Notes under the pieces: model-generated
What the model was told of the DNA's origin: nothing
Database searches by the model: none
The model's input: the letters and a program-made list of their open reading frames with translations, nothing else
Program-made: the position numbers and the translations under genes
In this document: piece after piece, positions 41,791 to 54,416 of the stretch
Position numbering within the stretch: position 1 is the stretch's first letter
Layout of the letters: each line of letters opens with the position of its first letter
Assembly: GCA_963575745.1 (NCBI GenBank)
Contig: CAUYUJ010000241.1
Location: forward strand, 62,001 to 116,423
Source of the DNA: Prorocentrum cordatum
Lineage: Eukaryota
Direction: 5' to 3'
Length of the DNA stretch: 54,423 nt

Positions 41791-43962
41791 CCCTTCTGTG
41801 CCACCTGCACGTCTACTTTCAGACTTCTTCCTTGGAATCCTCCTTCTCCTTCTCATCCTCCCGCAATCCTCTTCCTCTGTCCTTCGCTTCTACTTTCATC
41901 CTCCTCTTCCTCCGCTTCTACGCTACTTTCATCCTCTCTTCCTCCTCTTCCTCCGCTTCTACTTTCATCCTCCTTCCTCCTGGAATCGTCTTCCTCCTGC
42001 TCCTCCTCCGCATCACGTGCCACATCCTCCAATGTGTGCACAGATCCCCTCTTCGGGTCGCCTGTCACGCGGTCGGGGCCTGTTGGGGGGATTCAGGTCC
42101 GCCAGGACGCTCGTCGGCGGCTACTCGGGCGATCGCAAACATGGATCCAGGGGGCGAGGATTAGCGACGGGTCCCGTTTCCATGGGAAATCGCGGTTTTC
42201 CGCCGCCGAGCGAGGTGGCACGGGTCGCACTTTGGGGGGGGGCACCTCCCCCGATCCACGGATTCGGCGATTGCGCGCCGAATCCATGGATCGCTAGTTC
42301 ATGTTTGCGCCCCCCCCCGAGGTACACCAGCATCAGCGGAATGGGGATGTTGTGGGCGGGAGGCGTAGGATATCAGACGTGGTGCGAGCGCACCCAGCTT
42401 CTTGGTATCCTCTCCTCCTCCTCCCCCCCGTCTGGCGTCGTCCGAAGGAGGAGGAGGAGGAGGAGGAGGAGGAGGAGGAGGAGGAGGAGGAGGAGGAGGA
42501 AGGTCAGTTTCGCAATGCCATTTCAGAGGGCTTCGACTAACCTCCACAGGGTCCCCACAGGAGAGGGAAACCCGCCCGAGCCGTGTGCACTGGCAGGTCC
42601 CTGACCGTTGGCAGGCCCTCGCTGCCCTCTCTCTCTCTTTCCCTGCCCCGACCCACGAGCGCAAGAGGAGGAGGAGGAGGAGGAGGAGGAGGAGGAGGAG
42701 GAGGAGGAGGGCGGGTCCGGTGGAGGAGGAGTGAAGGAGGAGGAGGATGAGGAGGAGGAGGAGGAGAGGAGAGGAGGAGGAGAGGAGGTAAGTGAGGAGA
42801 GGGAGGAGGAGGAGAGGAGGAGGAGGAGGAGGAGGAGGGAGGCGGAGGAGGAGGAGGAGGAGGTGGAGGAGGTGGAGGGCGGCAAGAGGAGGAGGAGGAG
42901 GAGGAGGAGGAGGATGGAGGAGGGAGGAGGAGGTAGAGGAGATTGAGGGGAGGAGGAGGAGTGAGGAGGAGGAGAGGAGAGGAGGAGGAGGAGGGAGGAG
43001 GAGGGCGGAGGAGGGAGGAGGAGGGAGGAGGAGGAGAAGGAGGAGGAGGAGAAGGAGGAGGGAGGAGGGGCCCTGCCTACGATCACCCACGAACGCAGGA
43101 GCTTGGACGGGAGAGCGATCCAGAAAGTGCCTGCAGGCGAGGAGGACCCCGACTTCGAGGGTGACTCCGGCGCCGAGGGAGTTGCGCAAGCCCCCCTGAC
43201 TGCCTTTAGGGCCAACCCATGCCAAGCCAAATCCGCTCCGCCCCATCCCCCATCACCCCAATCGTCTCGGACGGGGCTAGGTCGAGAACACATCCGTTCC
43301 AGAGCGTTCTGGAACGCTCTCACAGCGACCCGGAACGCTCTGAGAAGGCTTCGGCTCCCGAGACGTCCTCCAAAGCTGCCAGATCTCAGAGATTATCGGT
43401 TTTATCTTCACCCAATTTTATAATCGTCCCAGCGTCGTCCTATCTTCCTCCCCTCAAGCAGTGGCGAAACGTCTTGGTTTGCCTATAGGCCCACCAACGA
43501 ATGTTCTAAGAACCTTTAGTGGTCTGCACGACCTGTTCTCAGTATGTTTCTGGCCGAGATGGTCTCGTTTTAACGCATCGGGTCTGTGTTCTACGGACAC
43601 TGTTTTGGTTCTTAGGACATTTTGGGCTCTGCGATATTTTCGTGGTAGGCCTATAGAAATGCCAGTAAGGTCGGCCCCTGCTCAACCTATTCTCCTCCTC
43701 CAGTGTACAAGCCTCCACCTGCTTAAAGTACACCTCGCGATGCGGCCATTCTGGGCACCGATGTCCTGCACGATACCCCACGGAAACAGGATCATGCAGC
43801 GCAACTGGAAGGGATGGGTGGCAGGGGTAGGGTGGCAGATATTGTCCGAGTGCACCTAGCTTCCCGTCTACCCCCTCCCCCTCCTCCTCCTCCTCCTCCT
43901 CCTCCTCCTCCTCCTCCCCCTCCTCCTCCTCCTCTCCTCCTCCTCCTCCTCTTCCTCCTCCA

Positions 43963-44053
43963 CATCGTCATACTGATCATCATCATCTCATCATCATATC
44001 ATCATCATATCATATTCATCATCACAATCATAATCATAATCATCTTGATCATC

Positions 44054-44093
<40 letters not shown>

Positions 44094-44348
44094 TCATAAA
44101 TCATCATCATCATCATCACCATCATCAGTATAAGCATCAACATCAGCATCACCATCTATCATATCATCATCATCTCCTCATCCTCATCCTCATCCTCATC
44201 ATCATCATAATCTTCATATCATCTCCTCATCATCATCATCCTCTCATCATCTTTCATCTTCCATCATTATCATCATCACACTATCCATATTCATCATCAT
44301 CCATCATCATCCTCATCATTCATCATCAATCATCATCATCATCATCAT

Positions 44349-44382
<34 letters not shown>
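43963..44382. repeat. Degenerate (CAT)n microsatellite
   Basis: Direct inspection. Confidence 0.93.
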
Positions 44383-44549
44383 CCCACCCTCCCCCCCCTC
44401 CCCCTCCCCCACGAGCGCGGCCTCCTCGACCTTCCCCCCCTCCTCCTCCTCCTCCTCCTCGTCCTCCTCCTCCTCCCCCTCCTCGTCTTCGTCCTCCTCC
44501 CTCTCCTTCTCCCTCCCCCCTCCCCCGAGCGCGGCCCGCGGGCCCCCAG

Positions 44550-44591
44550 GCCCACGCGGTGGCGGAGAGGCACGGCCGGGTGGCGCCCGAG
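44550..44591 (+). CDS. Probable host gene exon: AHAVAERHGRVAPE
   Basis: CAG|G acceptor and GAG|GC donor. In phase, it gives DVTVQ-AHAVAERHG, resembling the family pattern DVT..AK.IA. Confidence 0.55.
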
Positions 44592-44676
44592 GCCTCGCAG
44601 CTGGCCCCGCCGTCGCCGTGGCCGCCGCCGCCATGCATGGGGCGAGGAGGAGGAGGAGGAGGAGGAGGAGGAGGAG

Positions 44677-47600
44677 TTTTTGACGAACGCCCTGCCCCAC
44701 CAGCTTCACTCTCTGATGGGGACCGCCTCCACCCGAAGCTTCTCCTTCGGATGCCAGCCCCGATACTCCGTCGCTTTGGCGAGTGGACGTGTGCACTCAT
44801 TGCGGAGCTGCTTAAATTGTCCGAGGGTCGAAAACGCTTTGCAGCGGGTGCATATGATCAACATCTGATCGTTCGCACACTCCAATGCCAGGCAGGAGTG
44901 GCCACGATGAACAACAGAACGCGCAACTGGGGACAAGTCACCAGCACAGCCCTCGTCTGCGGGGGAGGAGGGGGAGGAGGAGGAGGAGGAGGAGGAGGAG
45001 GAGGGGGAGGGAGGGGGGGGGAGGGGCGGAGGGTGAGGAGGAGGAGGAGTGAGGAGGAGGAGGAGGAGGAGGGAGCAGGAAGGAGGAGGAATGAGGAGGG
45101 AGGAGGGAGGAGGGAGGAGGGAGGAGGAGGTGGAGGATGGGGGAGGGAGGAGGGAGGAGGGAGGGGGAAGGAGGGTAGGCGGGAGGAGGAGGAGGGTGGG
45201 AAGGGAGGAGGGAGGAGGAGGAGGAGGAGGAGGAGGAGAACTAACGCGTGGTTGAGGATGAAGGCTAAGGGTTGGCCGACCCGACTCTGGCAAACCTTGG
45301 AACCTATGTCTCTGTCTCTGGCAGCAGCAGCCGCAAGGCGGGCGCGCGCGAAGCAGGGCGCGGGGCGTGCTTGCAGGAGGCCGAAGATGAGCGGCCGCGG
45401 CGAGGGAGGGCGGGAGGTCATCCCTCCCTCTCATCCTCCGCCTCCTCCAGAGCAAGGAAGCCAAACGCTGATCCAGGGGGATCGGCTGGCACACTTTGAC
45501 CCCAGCCTTCTCGGGACGTTTGCCACTGTACACCGTCTCCCAGGCATACCTGGCACCGCGAACCTGGGCCTCAGCGAACTGCGCGGGAGAGGAGCACACG
45601 ACCTCGAAACAGCGCAGGCTCCACAGGTCTGGCGAGCAATGGTGAGCGACCCTCCGGATTCAACGTCAGCAACGACAGGGTCGTGCCCGTGCCTGTCCTC
45701 GGCGAGGGTCTCGAGCGGAGCACTGCCCGTGCAGCTCTCCCCGAGCCTCGCCTCGCCTCCTCTCTCCGAGAGAGGCTCCAGGTCTTGCACGCCTTGCACA
45801 CCCAGCCTCCGAGGCTTCCAGCCCCGTCGTGCGGCGCCCCAGGAGCACCCCCAGACGGACGCGGCCTCCTCCTCCTCCTCCTCCTCCTCCTCCCCCTCCT
45901 CCTCCTGGGAGGCACGGGCTTGGAGCCTGGGGCGGACGCCGCCCCCACGGGCGGGAGACTTGCCTCGCTCGGCTTGGCCAACAGCCTCGCTTCCAGGCCT
46001 GGAGGGAGCAGGACGCCACGCCGGCGAGGCCCTGCACACAGGACTCCAGAAGCGCTGCACCAAGTCATACTTGGAACCGATCTGATGCATTCCGGATTCG
46101 GAGGGCCTGGCCGGCTCACGGGCCGCACATTTGGCCCAGTTGTATGCCTCGGCGTTGCCAGAGGCGAGTCTCGACTCTTAGGAACGGCGCTCGAAGATGT
46201 TAGCGTCATGATGCGCCGTAACCTTCCTCTGATTAAGGTCTATGTGGCATCTTAGGCTGCCTTTAATTCGCAACTTTATTCCATAAGGAAGATTCGATGG
46301 GACAGTTCTGGCTCTTGCAGCTTGCACGTTTCTGGGCAGTCGGACACACGACACGTGATGTTGTTGCCGAGTCTGATTGCGGCTAAGGCCGCGAGGTATT
46401 CCGCTGCAGACGAGGCTTGCGGGAGTTCTCTTCCCACAGGCCTCGCTAAGACAGCTGTCGCCTCCCCCTGTACTGGGGTCGACGGCCACTATTGCCCATC
46501 CAGCTCTGTACTACACCTGGGGCCGTCTTTATAACACGACCCATCGAGAAACAGCTCACCTTGCAGGGCTTGGGCCATGGTGGTGTTGGGGTTCAGGGTT
46601 CAGCGCCCACAGCGTAGCTTCCTCTGGCCCGAGCCCTGGGGGGGGATGTCGAACGTCGCCGTGACTCCCAAGCCCGCTTGCACGTGAGCCCTCTCTACGT
46701 GCTTGATTGTCTCTATGTCCTCGAAGCTGAGGTGTTTGCTCCTATGAGCAGCGGGCAGCGCGTACTCAAAGAGCCTGCGGTGCATGCAATCGTTCTCATG
46801 TCCGACGTGCACCTGCATTCAATGTCGTACCAACCTCTCTTAGACCATGCGTGGTCCAAAGGGATTGGGAGAGGATGGCGAGGAGGACCGAGCGCTCGCG
46901 AGGAGAGCAGGAAGGGGAGCGACGGACAGAGAGGGCCGCAGACACGCGAGCCTGATCCTCCACCCATCCCAGCCTCTCGCTCGCTTGCTCCACCAGCCTG
47001 TCCCTCCACGCTCCCTGGAGCGCGGCGGAGCGGAGCGCGGGCGACGCCGAGGTGAGGATGGACTCCCCACCTTCTCTATCTTGAGGAGGAGGAGGAGGAG
47101 GAGGAGGAGGAGGAGGAGGAGGCGGAGGAGGAGGAGGAGGAGGAGGAGGAGGAGGAGCAGGAGGAGGAGGAGGAGGAGGAGGGGGAGAGGGAGGAGGAGG
47201 GGGAGGAGGAGGAGGAGGAGGAGGAGCAGGAGGAGGAGGAGGAGCAGGAGGAGGAGGAGACGCGTAAGAGGCAGAGGGCAGGCCCCAAGAGGTCCCCTGG
47301 TCTCGGTCCACCGCTTGGGGGGGGGGGTGCAGGAATGGGCTCCGCCAGCTCTCAGCCGTGGGAGCGTAACCGTGCCGCCTCTGCTAGCGGCAGCCTTCCG
47401 GACTGCCTCTTCCTATGGAAGGCAAGGGCCCATTGTTGTCTTCCAAATGGGGTCGCTGGGGAGGAGGAGGCTCAAGGAGCGAGATCGTGTGGAGCATCTG
47501 GGGCATTTCAACATCCCTGACCCGCAACCACCATCTCCGTCCCGTAGTATCTTGCTTGCTGAAGTCCTCTTGGGTGCAACTTCCTAATGTTGGCTCCTCC

Positions 47601-50600
47601 CCCTGCTCTCAAGCTGCTGATCCTGAAGAGGCGCTTGCGCAACTTGATGTGTCTGGCAATCAAGGTTGGTCGATGCTCCTGTGCTTCCTGCGCCATCCTG
47701 CGAAGTAATCGGTCCGTATATTGGGGGCTGAGGCAGCCGTTTGGCCACCTTTGGATCCAAGAGCCTGGTAGATCCGCATGTGTAGTTTCTCCGACGACGC
47801 CAAGACGACCGACGTGTGTTCTGCCACTGTGCACTGACGCTTCTGCTTTATCACCTGCCTGAGATGCCTGGCTGCTTCTGACACGTTTGTAAGTACCGTG
47901 AGCATTGAATTGCTCTGGGATTGTTGAAGGAAGTCGTCGATGTAGACGCTGAGTTGGACACGAGCGTGCATAGACTGCCATTCGTCAAGATCATCAGTGC
48001 AAACCTGACAGGCCCCTGAAGGTATAGCCGACTGCAGCCACCAAAGAAGATAAGGACAGCAGCCTAAGGGACTTGCGCTGGTTGAGGCTGACCGCCAACA
48101 CTGTGGTGTGAACTTTGGTTCTAACCGCCTTCTCGTACAACGAGTCGCGGTCGGCGTGCTCGTAATCATTGTTGAGGTCCCACATGATGGTGCCCGTGTG
48201 CATCACTGGCGCGACGTATTGTCTTCTCGCAACTGATAAACCCTGCAGGTGAACTAGTTCACAGATCGACCTTCAGACTGATGGCGCAAGACACTGCTCT
48301 TATGGGCCCTCTCCCAGGCTTTGGCTGCGTGCGTTCTAGCGCGGGCCCATACTCTGTAAGGACTCGGGGGCATGCTGATGCCACGGTACTGGGGCTGCGC
48401 TGCCGAGGTCTTGTGTTTGGGAACGAGAGCCGTGCGGACCGCGCGCAGCACTGCTGGGAAGGTCCTCAGGGCGTCAACCATTCGAGGTAGGCTCGCAACA
48501 ACATCCAAGCCGTCTTGGCCGATCCTCCCGAGGTGAAGCGAGTGAAAGCCGTCCCGGAGCATGCTTGTTGTCTGGGGGAAGGTGTTGGTTGCGTCCAAGA
48601 TCTACTGAGGAGCAGGGGGCTGCTACTGCTCTTCGCCTGGGGCTCTCGACAGCACAGGGCCGCCCGAGAAGGAGGAGGAGGAGGAGGAGGAGGACGAGGA
48701 TGAGGACGAGGAGGGGAGGAGGAGGAGGAGGAGGAGGAGGAGGAGGAGGAGGAGGAGCAAGAGGAGGAGGACCAGTGCAAACCGACGAGTCATCAACGAT
48801 GTTGGAATTAACTCTCCCTCCAAGCTCCCTCTTCATAGGCCCCTACAACGGTTTATTTCCATTGAGGGAGCTGCTTCGTTGCAAGACAACTGTTTGAAGA
48901 TCCTGAAGCATGCCAAAACATTGTTCTCGGGATTTCAACGCCACGTAACAACCTTACTGTTGCGTTTTGGCGATCCGGAGTCATGTCATAACGCTTTTTT
49001 TGGTTTCCAACACCGCGAACCAACATAACTGTTGCACCCGCATAATCCTGAATCTCTCGAAAAGACTTTTTTTGGTGCGCTCAGCATGGGAATCCGTGAA
49101 ACTCTTGCAGATGTTTAAAACGAGTGTGCGCGGCGCTAAGGCGAGAGCCACATTTTGAAAAGGAACCGCCCTCAATCCGTGAAGCTCTTGCAACTTTTAC
49201 AAAGAATGTGCGCGGCGCTAGGGCGAGAGCCACATTTGGAAAACCGCCCGCCCTCCATCCGTGAAGCTCTTGCAAATTTTGAAGACGAATGTGCGCGGCG
49301 CTAGGGCCAGAGCCAAATTTGGCAAACCGCCCGCCCTCCATCCGTGAAGCTGTTTGTTGTCACTCTTCCAGCTGCAGAGCCACAAGTGGTGAGGAAGTCT
49401 CAGGCGAAACGCCCGGCCCGCCCGAAAGACTGGCCTCGGGGTGCGACAGGGAGGAGTTGCGCATAAGGAGAAGGAATGGACGAGGACCTGCCAGCCTCTG
49501 CCTGCGGAGAGCAGGCTGGGCCTGCCGGACCACCGGCCTCCACGCCCGGCTGCCCGAGGTTGCCGGGGGGTGGCCGTGCTGCGCGTGCAGGCGGGCGCCG
49601 TGCCCGCTCCTGCTTGCATGGGCTCGGCGACCCGGCCCCTCCACTGCTGACTGCTGTCGCTGACGCTCTGCCTCTCCTCCTGGCTGATGTCATCCTCCAA
49701 CTCCTCCAGGAAGTCGACGGACATGCGATCGACGAGGTTGGCGTTTAGGTTGCTTGCCTGGCTGTCCAAGCCTATGGCCATCAAGAGGTTACGAACGGAT
49801 TCCAGGAACTGCTGTAAGGATCCCGAACTGTTGAGTTGCTGAGCCGGATACTGAGCTTCTCCTGAAGCCCACTTGACGTCGAAATCGCTAATCCCCAACG
49901 TCCGGTTCATGTGAAAATCAAGAGTTAGTTGTTTACGCTCGGCTGCTACATGTTCGTCATCAGAGTCCCCGTCGTCGCACTTCCCACAAAAACGGCACGG
50001 GCGTCATGACTTTTTCCACGACGCCAAATAAGTGGTATCGCCAGCGACCCCCAGACCCAAGACTTCTGGTGGTTCTTCTGCATTGCTGTGGCTGGCATCC
50101 ACGTTATCTTTGGCGCCGTTCTTCCGTTGAGTGTCCGTGCTGTTGGCTAGTGATAGCTCCATGTCCTGAACTAGGGCCTGGTGCGCTGCATCCAACGCGG
50201 CTTGCTTGGATGCTCCGCCGCACGACGTGCCGGATACTATCTCCTCCGCCTGCCTCATAGCTGCTGCCGCCGTCGTCCAGGGGAGCTCAGGGAGGCGAGG
50301 GCCGAAGCGGAAGCTGCGAGGGAAGCTGTTGAGGCTGCTGGAATATTGGAAAAGTATTGCCCACTGATCACTTCCAGCTGCACGACTCTATGCGGGGTCA
50401 GGGGATACTCCACGATGCTGGTTTCTACCACTCTGTCGTCCAGGGCTTCCGACACGAGGAAGTAGTCCAGGATAGATCTACTCTTTTTGGCAGCATGGGT
50501 GGGCTTCTTAGTGCTATTGATCCTCACCGTAGCTCTCACTACAAAGTCTGACTGAAGCAAGGTGGTAGGCGTGAGGATGAAGTCTCCTCCCATTAACAGT

Positions 50601-51476
50601 GGCATCTGGCAGCTTGCTGAATCTCGCCAGCTGCTGCCAGCAGCTTAACGTTTCTCCGAGACACCCTTTTCCAAGTCGTAGAGCTATATTAGCGCCACTG
50701 CAATCTGGCCAAGGCCAGCGGCCTCCACTGCATCTGCCGTGAGGCGATGGCCATCGCCTCACGGCCATCGCCTCACGGCAGAAGTCTCCATCGATGGAGA
50801 CTTCCAAGATATGGCATGTGAAGAGCTCGAGCACCAAACTCTGTCCCAGCCCTAACCAGAATCGCTGTGCCGCCAGATGGCCGTCCGGTCGCCGTCAAAA
50901 TCGCGGGGGCAGCCCTGCGAGCTGGCCCCATGTGGAGGCCGATGCAATAGCCTCAGGCTCACTGAGAGGAGGAGGAGGAGGAGGAGGAGGAGGGAGGAGG
51001 AGGGAGGAGGAGGGAGGGGGAAGAGGAGGAGGAGGAGGAGGAGGAGGAGGAGGAGGGGAGGAGGAGGCCGCTAGAACTACACCTATGGGACCTGCGAAGG
51101 GAGACTCCAAGAAATGTTTCACTGCCCTCCAGCAGCCGCCATTCAGGATCACCATCTTCAACACGTTGATACTCGCCTGGTGGGTCCCTTTTGAGGGCAT
51201 CGCGACGTACACACAGACGCTTGAGGAGGACGTCATCTTCGTCAGATTGATTGTTGAATTTGGCAACCAGCTGTTCGAGGTGGCCAGCCAGGCTTCGCTT
51301 CTTGGATGGGTCTGCACAGTCCACGAAATCAGCGAACTGGTTAGGGTCCGCGACGGGGTGATCGTCATCAAGGAGGCCGTCATCGCTGCCGATTCCTGCC
51401 CCTGTTGCCGCTGCTGGCTGCTGGGGCTGGTGCTGCTGTGGCTGTAGCTGTTGTGCTGGCTGCTGCTGCTGCTGCC

Positions 51477-51522
<46 letters not shown>

Positions 51523-52375
51523 AGGCTGGGGTGGAGGGAGGCCTGACCCTGCTGCTCCTCCTCCTCCTCCTTGCACCCCTGCTGCTCCTCCTCCTTGCAC
51601 CTCTGCTGCTCCTCATCCTTGCCCCTGCTTCCTCCTCCTTGCACCCCTGCTCCCGCGGTTGGAGGAGCTCATGCTCCAGGTGCCGCGGCGGCGGGCGCGG
51701 CGGGCGCGCACCGCTGCTCTCCCTCCGCCTCCGGGGCCGCTCCTCCTCCGCATCCTCCTCCGCCTCCTCCTGGTGCTGCTGAAGCTGCTGTGGTTGCTTC
51801 TGCAATCCGCTGCGACAGCCTGGCCTGCTCCAGTACAGAGACCAGCTTCCCCACTGTGTTGCGCAGCATTGGAGTAGGATCGTATCCATGGAGGTTTGGA
51901 AGATGAGACTGCACGAAAGACAGAACTCCTTGCCGTACTGACTACTCCGCTGCCGCTGCGTTACGTGCAGCACTGGACTGAGCTTGGAGGGCAGCAACAT
52001 CTTTTCACACTTGAGGAGGTCGTCCTCTCCCTTAGCGTGCTGATCCAGACGCTGGGCAAAACTATCAAACCATTTGTTACTGTTGGCTGCAATGGTTGCC
52101 CGCGTCCTAGTCTGAGCTTCCAGCTGATCGACAAGATATTTAGTCTGATCCCCCAAGCTCTTGGAGGCCAACGCTGTTCTCTTGGCTTGCTGCAGCTCCT
52201 GCGTAGGATCAGGGGGTGGTCTTGCTCAAGTCCTGAACGGCGGAATAAGCTGAGGTGCTCCTGAGCGAAACTGGCAGGATCGTAGGGAGGCCCACTGGCG
52301 GCAGTAGGCCCTCCACCACACCCGCCACCCACACCAGTGGCGGGAGGGGCCTAAGGCGGACGGCCCCCTACTCTG
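44677..52375 (-). mobile_element. LINE-D: decayed and interrupted APE-RT-RNase H LINE related to LINE-B (boundaries approximate)
   Basis: Minus-strand remnants in order: ORF1-like region (51400-52200), VILNGGCW (~51140), LLMGGDF and LDYFLVS (50450-50600), ALVPK...RGIS (~48400), WDLNNDYEH (~48170), VYIDD (~47940), FLDGS and AGWAIV (~46500-46550), GHSC...ICTRCK (~44850). A5 then (CCT)n at the 3' end. Confidence 0.85.
48770..49420. repeat. Dispersed element with internal ~83-bp tandem units (copy b), nested in LINE-D
   Basis: ATCCGTGAA at 49092, 49175, 49257 and 49340. Homologous to 21790-22240. Confidence 0.85.
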
Positions 52376-52699
52376 CCTCCTCCTCCTCCTCCTCCTCCTC
52401 CTCCTCCTCTCCTCCTCCTCTTCCTCCCTCCTCCTTCTTCCTCCTCCTCCTCCTCCTCCTCCTCCTCCTCCCTTCCTCCTCCTCCTCTCCTCCTCTCCTC
52501 CCTTCCCTCCTCCTCCTCCTCCTCCTCCTCCTCCTCCTCCTCCTCCGCCTCCTCCAGCTGGGATATAGGTGGACGGCTTGAGCGGCGGCCCCAGCGCCCT
52601 TTGCCCTGCCTGTGGGCCAATGGGGGCCCCTGCCTGCCGGTTTGGCCGCAGACCTGGCTTTGGGATCAGGGCGGGGCTGCGCAAGCTTCCCGGACCCCC

Positions 52700-52850
52700 T
52701 CGCGTCGCGGAAAAAGTCACGACGGGAGGTTTTTCGCTATTTTCGGCCTTCGGGGGCCCTGACCGGGCCCCGGGAGCGTCAAGAAACGACTCGGGATGCA
52801 AAACCGGTCCTGGGGGAAGGGTCCAGGCCTCTGGGGGTCGACGGTTGACC
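52700..52850. repeat. Dispersed repeat (copy b), homologous to 41607-41790
   Basis: Colinear similarity seen by eye. Confidence 0.8.
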
Positions 52851-54038
52851 TCCCGACGGACTGGGGCCCCACAGCCGATTCGCCCAGATCCATCCTGAGC
52901 ACCGGCTGCAGTGAAAGTCGGCGCGCTGGTCGGCCATGGTTGCGACGGGTGGTGAAAATGCTTCACCAACAAAACTGTCAAGCCCAGCAGACCGAAGGGG
53001 GGCGCGCGGCGCATGCAACTGTTGGCTATGGGGGAGGAGGAGGAGGAGGAGGAGGAGGAGGAGGAGGAGGAGGAGGAAGAGGAGGAAGAGGAGGAAGAGG
53101 AGAAGGGGAAGGAGAAGGGGGAGGAGAAGGGGGAGGAGAAGGGGGAGGAGAAGGAGGAGGAGGAGGGAGGAGGAGGGGGAGGAGGAGGAGGAGGAGGAGG
53201 AGGAGGAGGAGGAGGAGGAGGAGGAGCAGCAGCATGAGGAGGAGGAGGAGGAGGAGCGAGAGAGGAGAGAGGAGAGATGAGATAGGAGAAATGGGAGATG
53301 AGACAGGAGAGGTAAGATTCCGGGCTGCGCAAAGACTGCTCGTCAAAGCCGCGTGTTCGAAGCGTGTTTCAAGCGAGACTGTCCCATGCAACCGAGTAGC
53401 ATCATGTTTCTGTCATTTACACCCGTTGTCCTCCTCGTCTTTCTCCTTGGCGAATGTCGCACTGCATGTCTCCATTGTTGCTCACTTTTTGAGCACATGC
53501 CAACCTGTCAGCCCCCAGGGTGTGACGATTTTCGGGCGGCGGCGAGGTATACCAGGTTTCCTCTTTCGTGCGCCAATCTCGTCAAAAGGAATGGGACGAG
53601 ACAACTGATTCCAAGGCGAATCAGCTATGAATTGATACCGGTTCTTCTATGCAGCAGTCTTCTTGTGTATCGAAGTCCTCACACGTGATGGCATATGCAT
53701 GTTGGCAGTTTTCTTCGTGCTTCGTGATGCAGTGATGCTGCCTCGACGTGGACTGCCTGTCGTACAGTCTGACGCGCTGCCCTGGTATCACTCTTCGCTC
53801 AGCATCTGATCAAACAAAACCCGATGGGGGGGCCCTTTGCACAACGGGTATACGAGATAGAAGAGGAGAGGCGAGAGAGAAGAGATGAGAGGTGATAGAG
53901 GGGGGGAGAGGAGGAGGCAGAAGGAGAGAGAGCGAAGGAGTCCCCTCTTCGTCCTCCTCGTCCTCTTCCCTCCCCTCTCCTCTCTTCCTGCTCCAGCTGC
54001 CCCACCTGCTCCTTCTCCCCTTCCTCCTCCTTCCCCTC

Positions 54039-54109
<71 letters not shown>

Positions 54110-54148
54110 ACTACTACTACTACTACTACGACTACTATACTACTACAG

Positions 54149-54180
<32 letters not shown>

Positions 54181-54182
54181 CA

Positions 54183-54219
<37 letters not shown>

Positions 54220-54261
54220 GACTACTACTACTACTCTACTACTACTACTACTACTACGACT

Positions 54262-54303
<42 letters not shown>

Positions 54304-54310
54304 GTACGAA

Positions 54311-54375
<65 letters not shown>

Positions 54376-54377
54376 AG

Positions 54378-54416
<39 letters not shown>

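Noticed and set aside
43081..43180. Exon-like segment (SLDGRAIQKVPAGEEDPDFE)
   Set aside because: It has plausible splice sites but no recognisable homology, and the phase does not fit the ATPase model.
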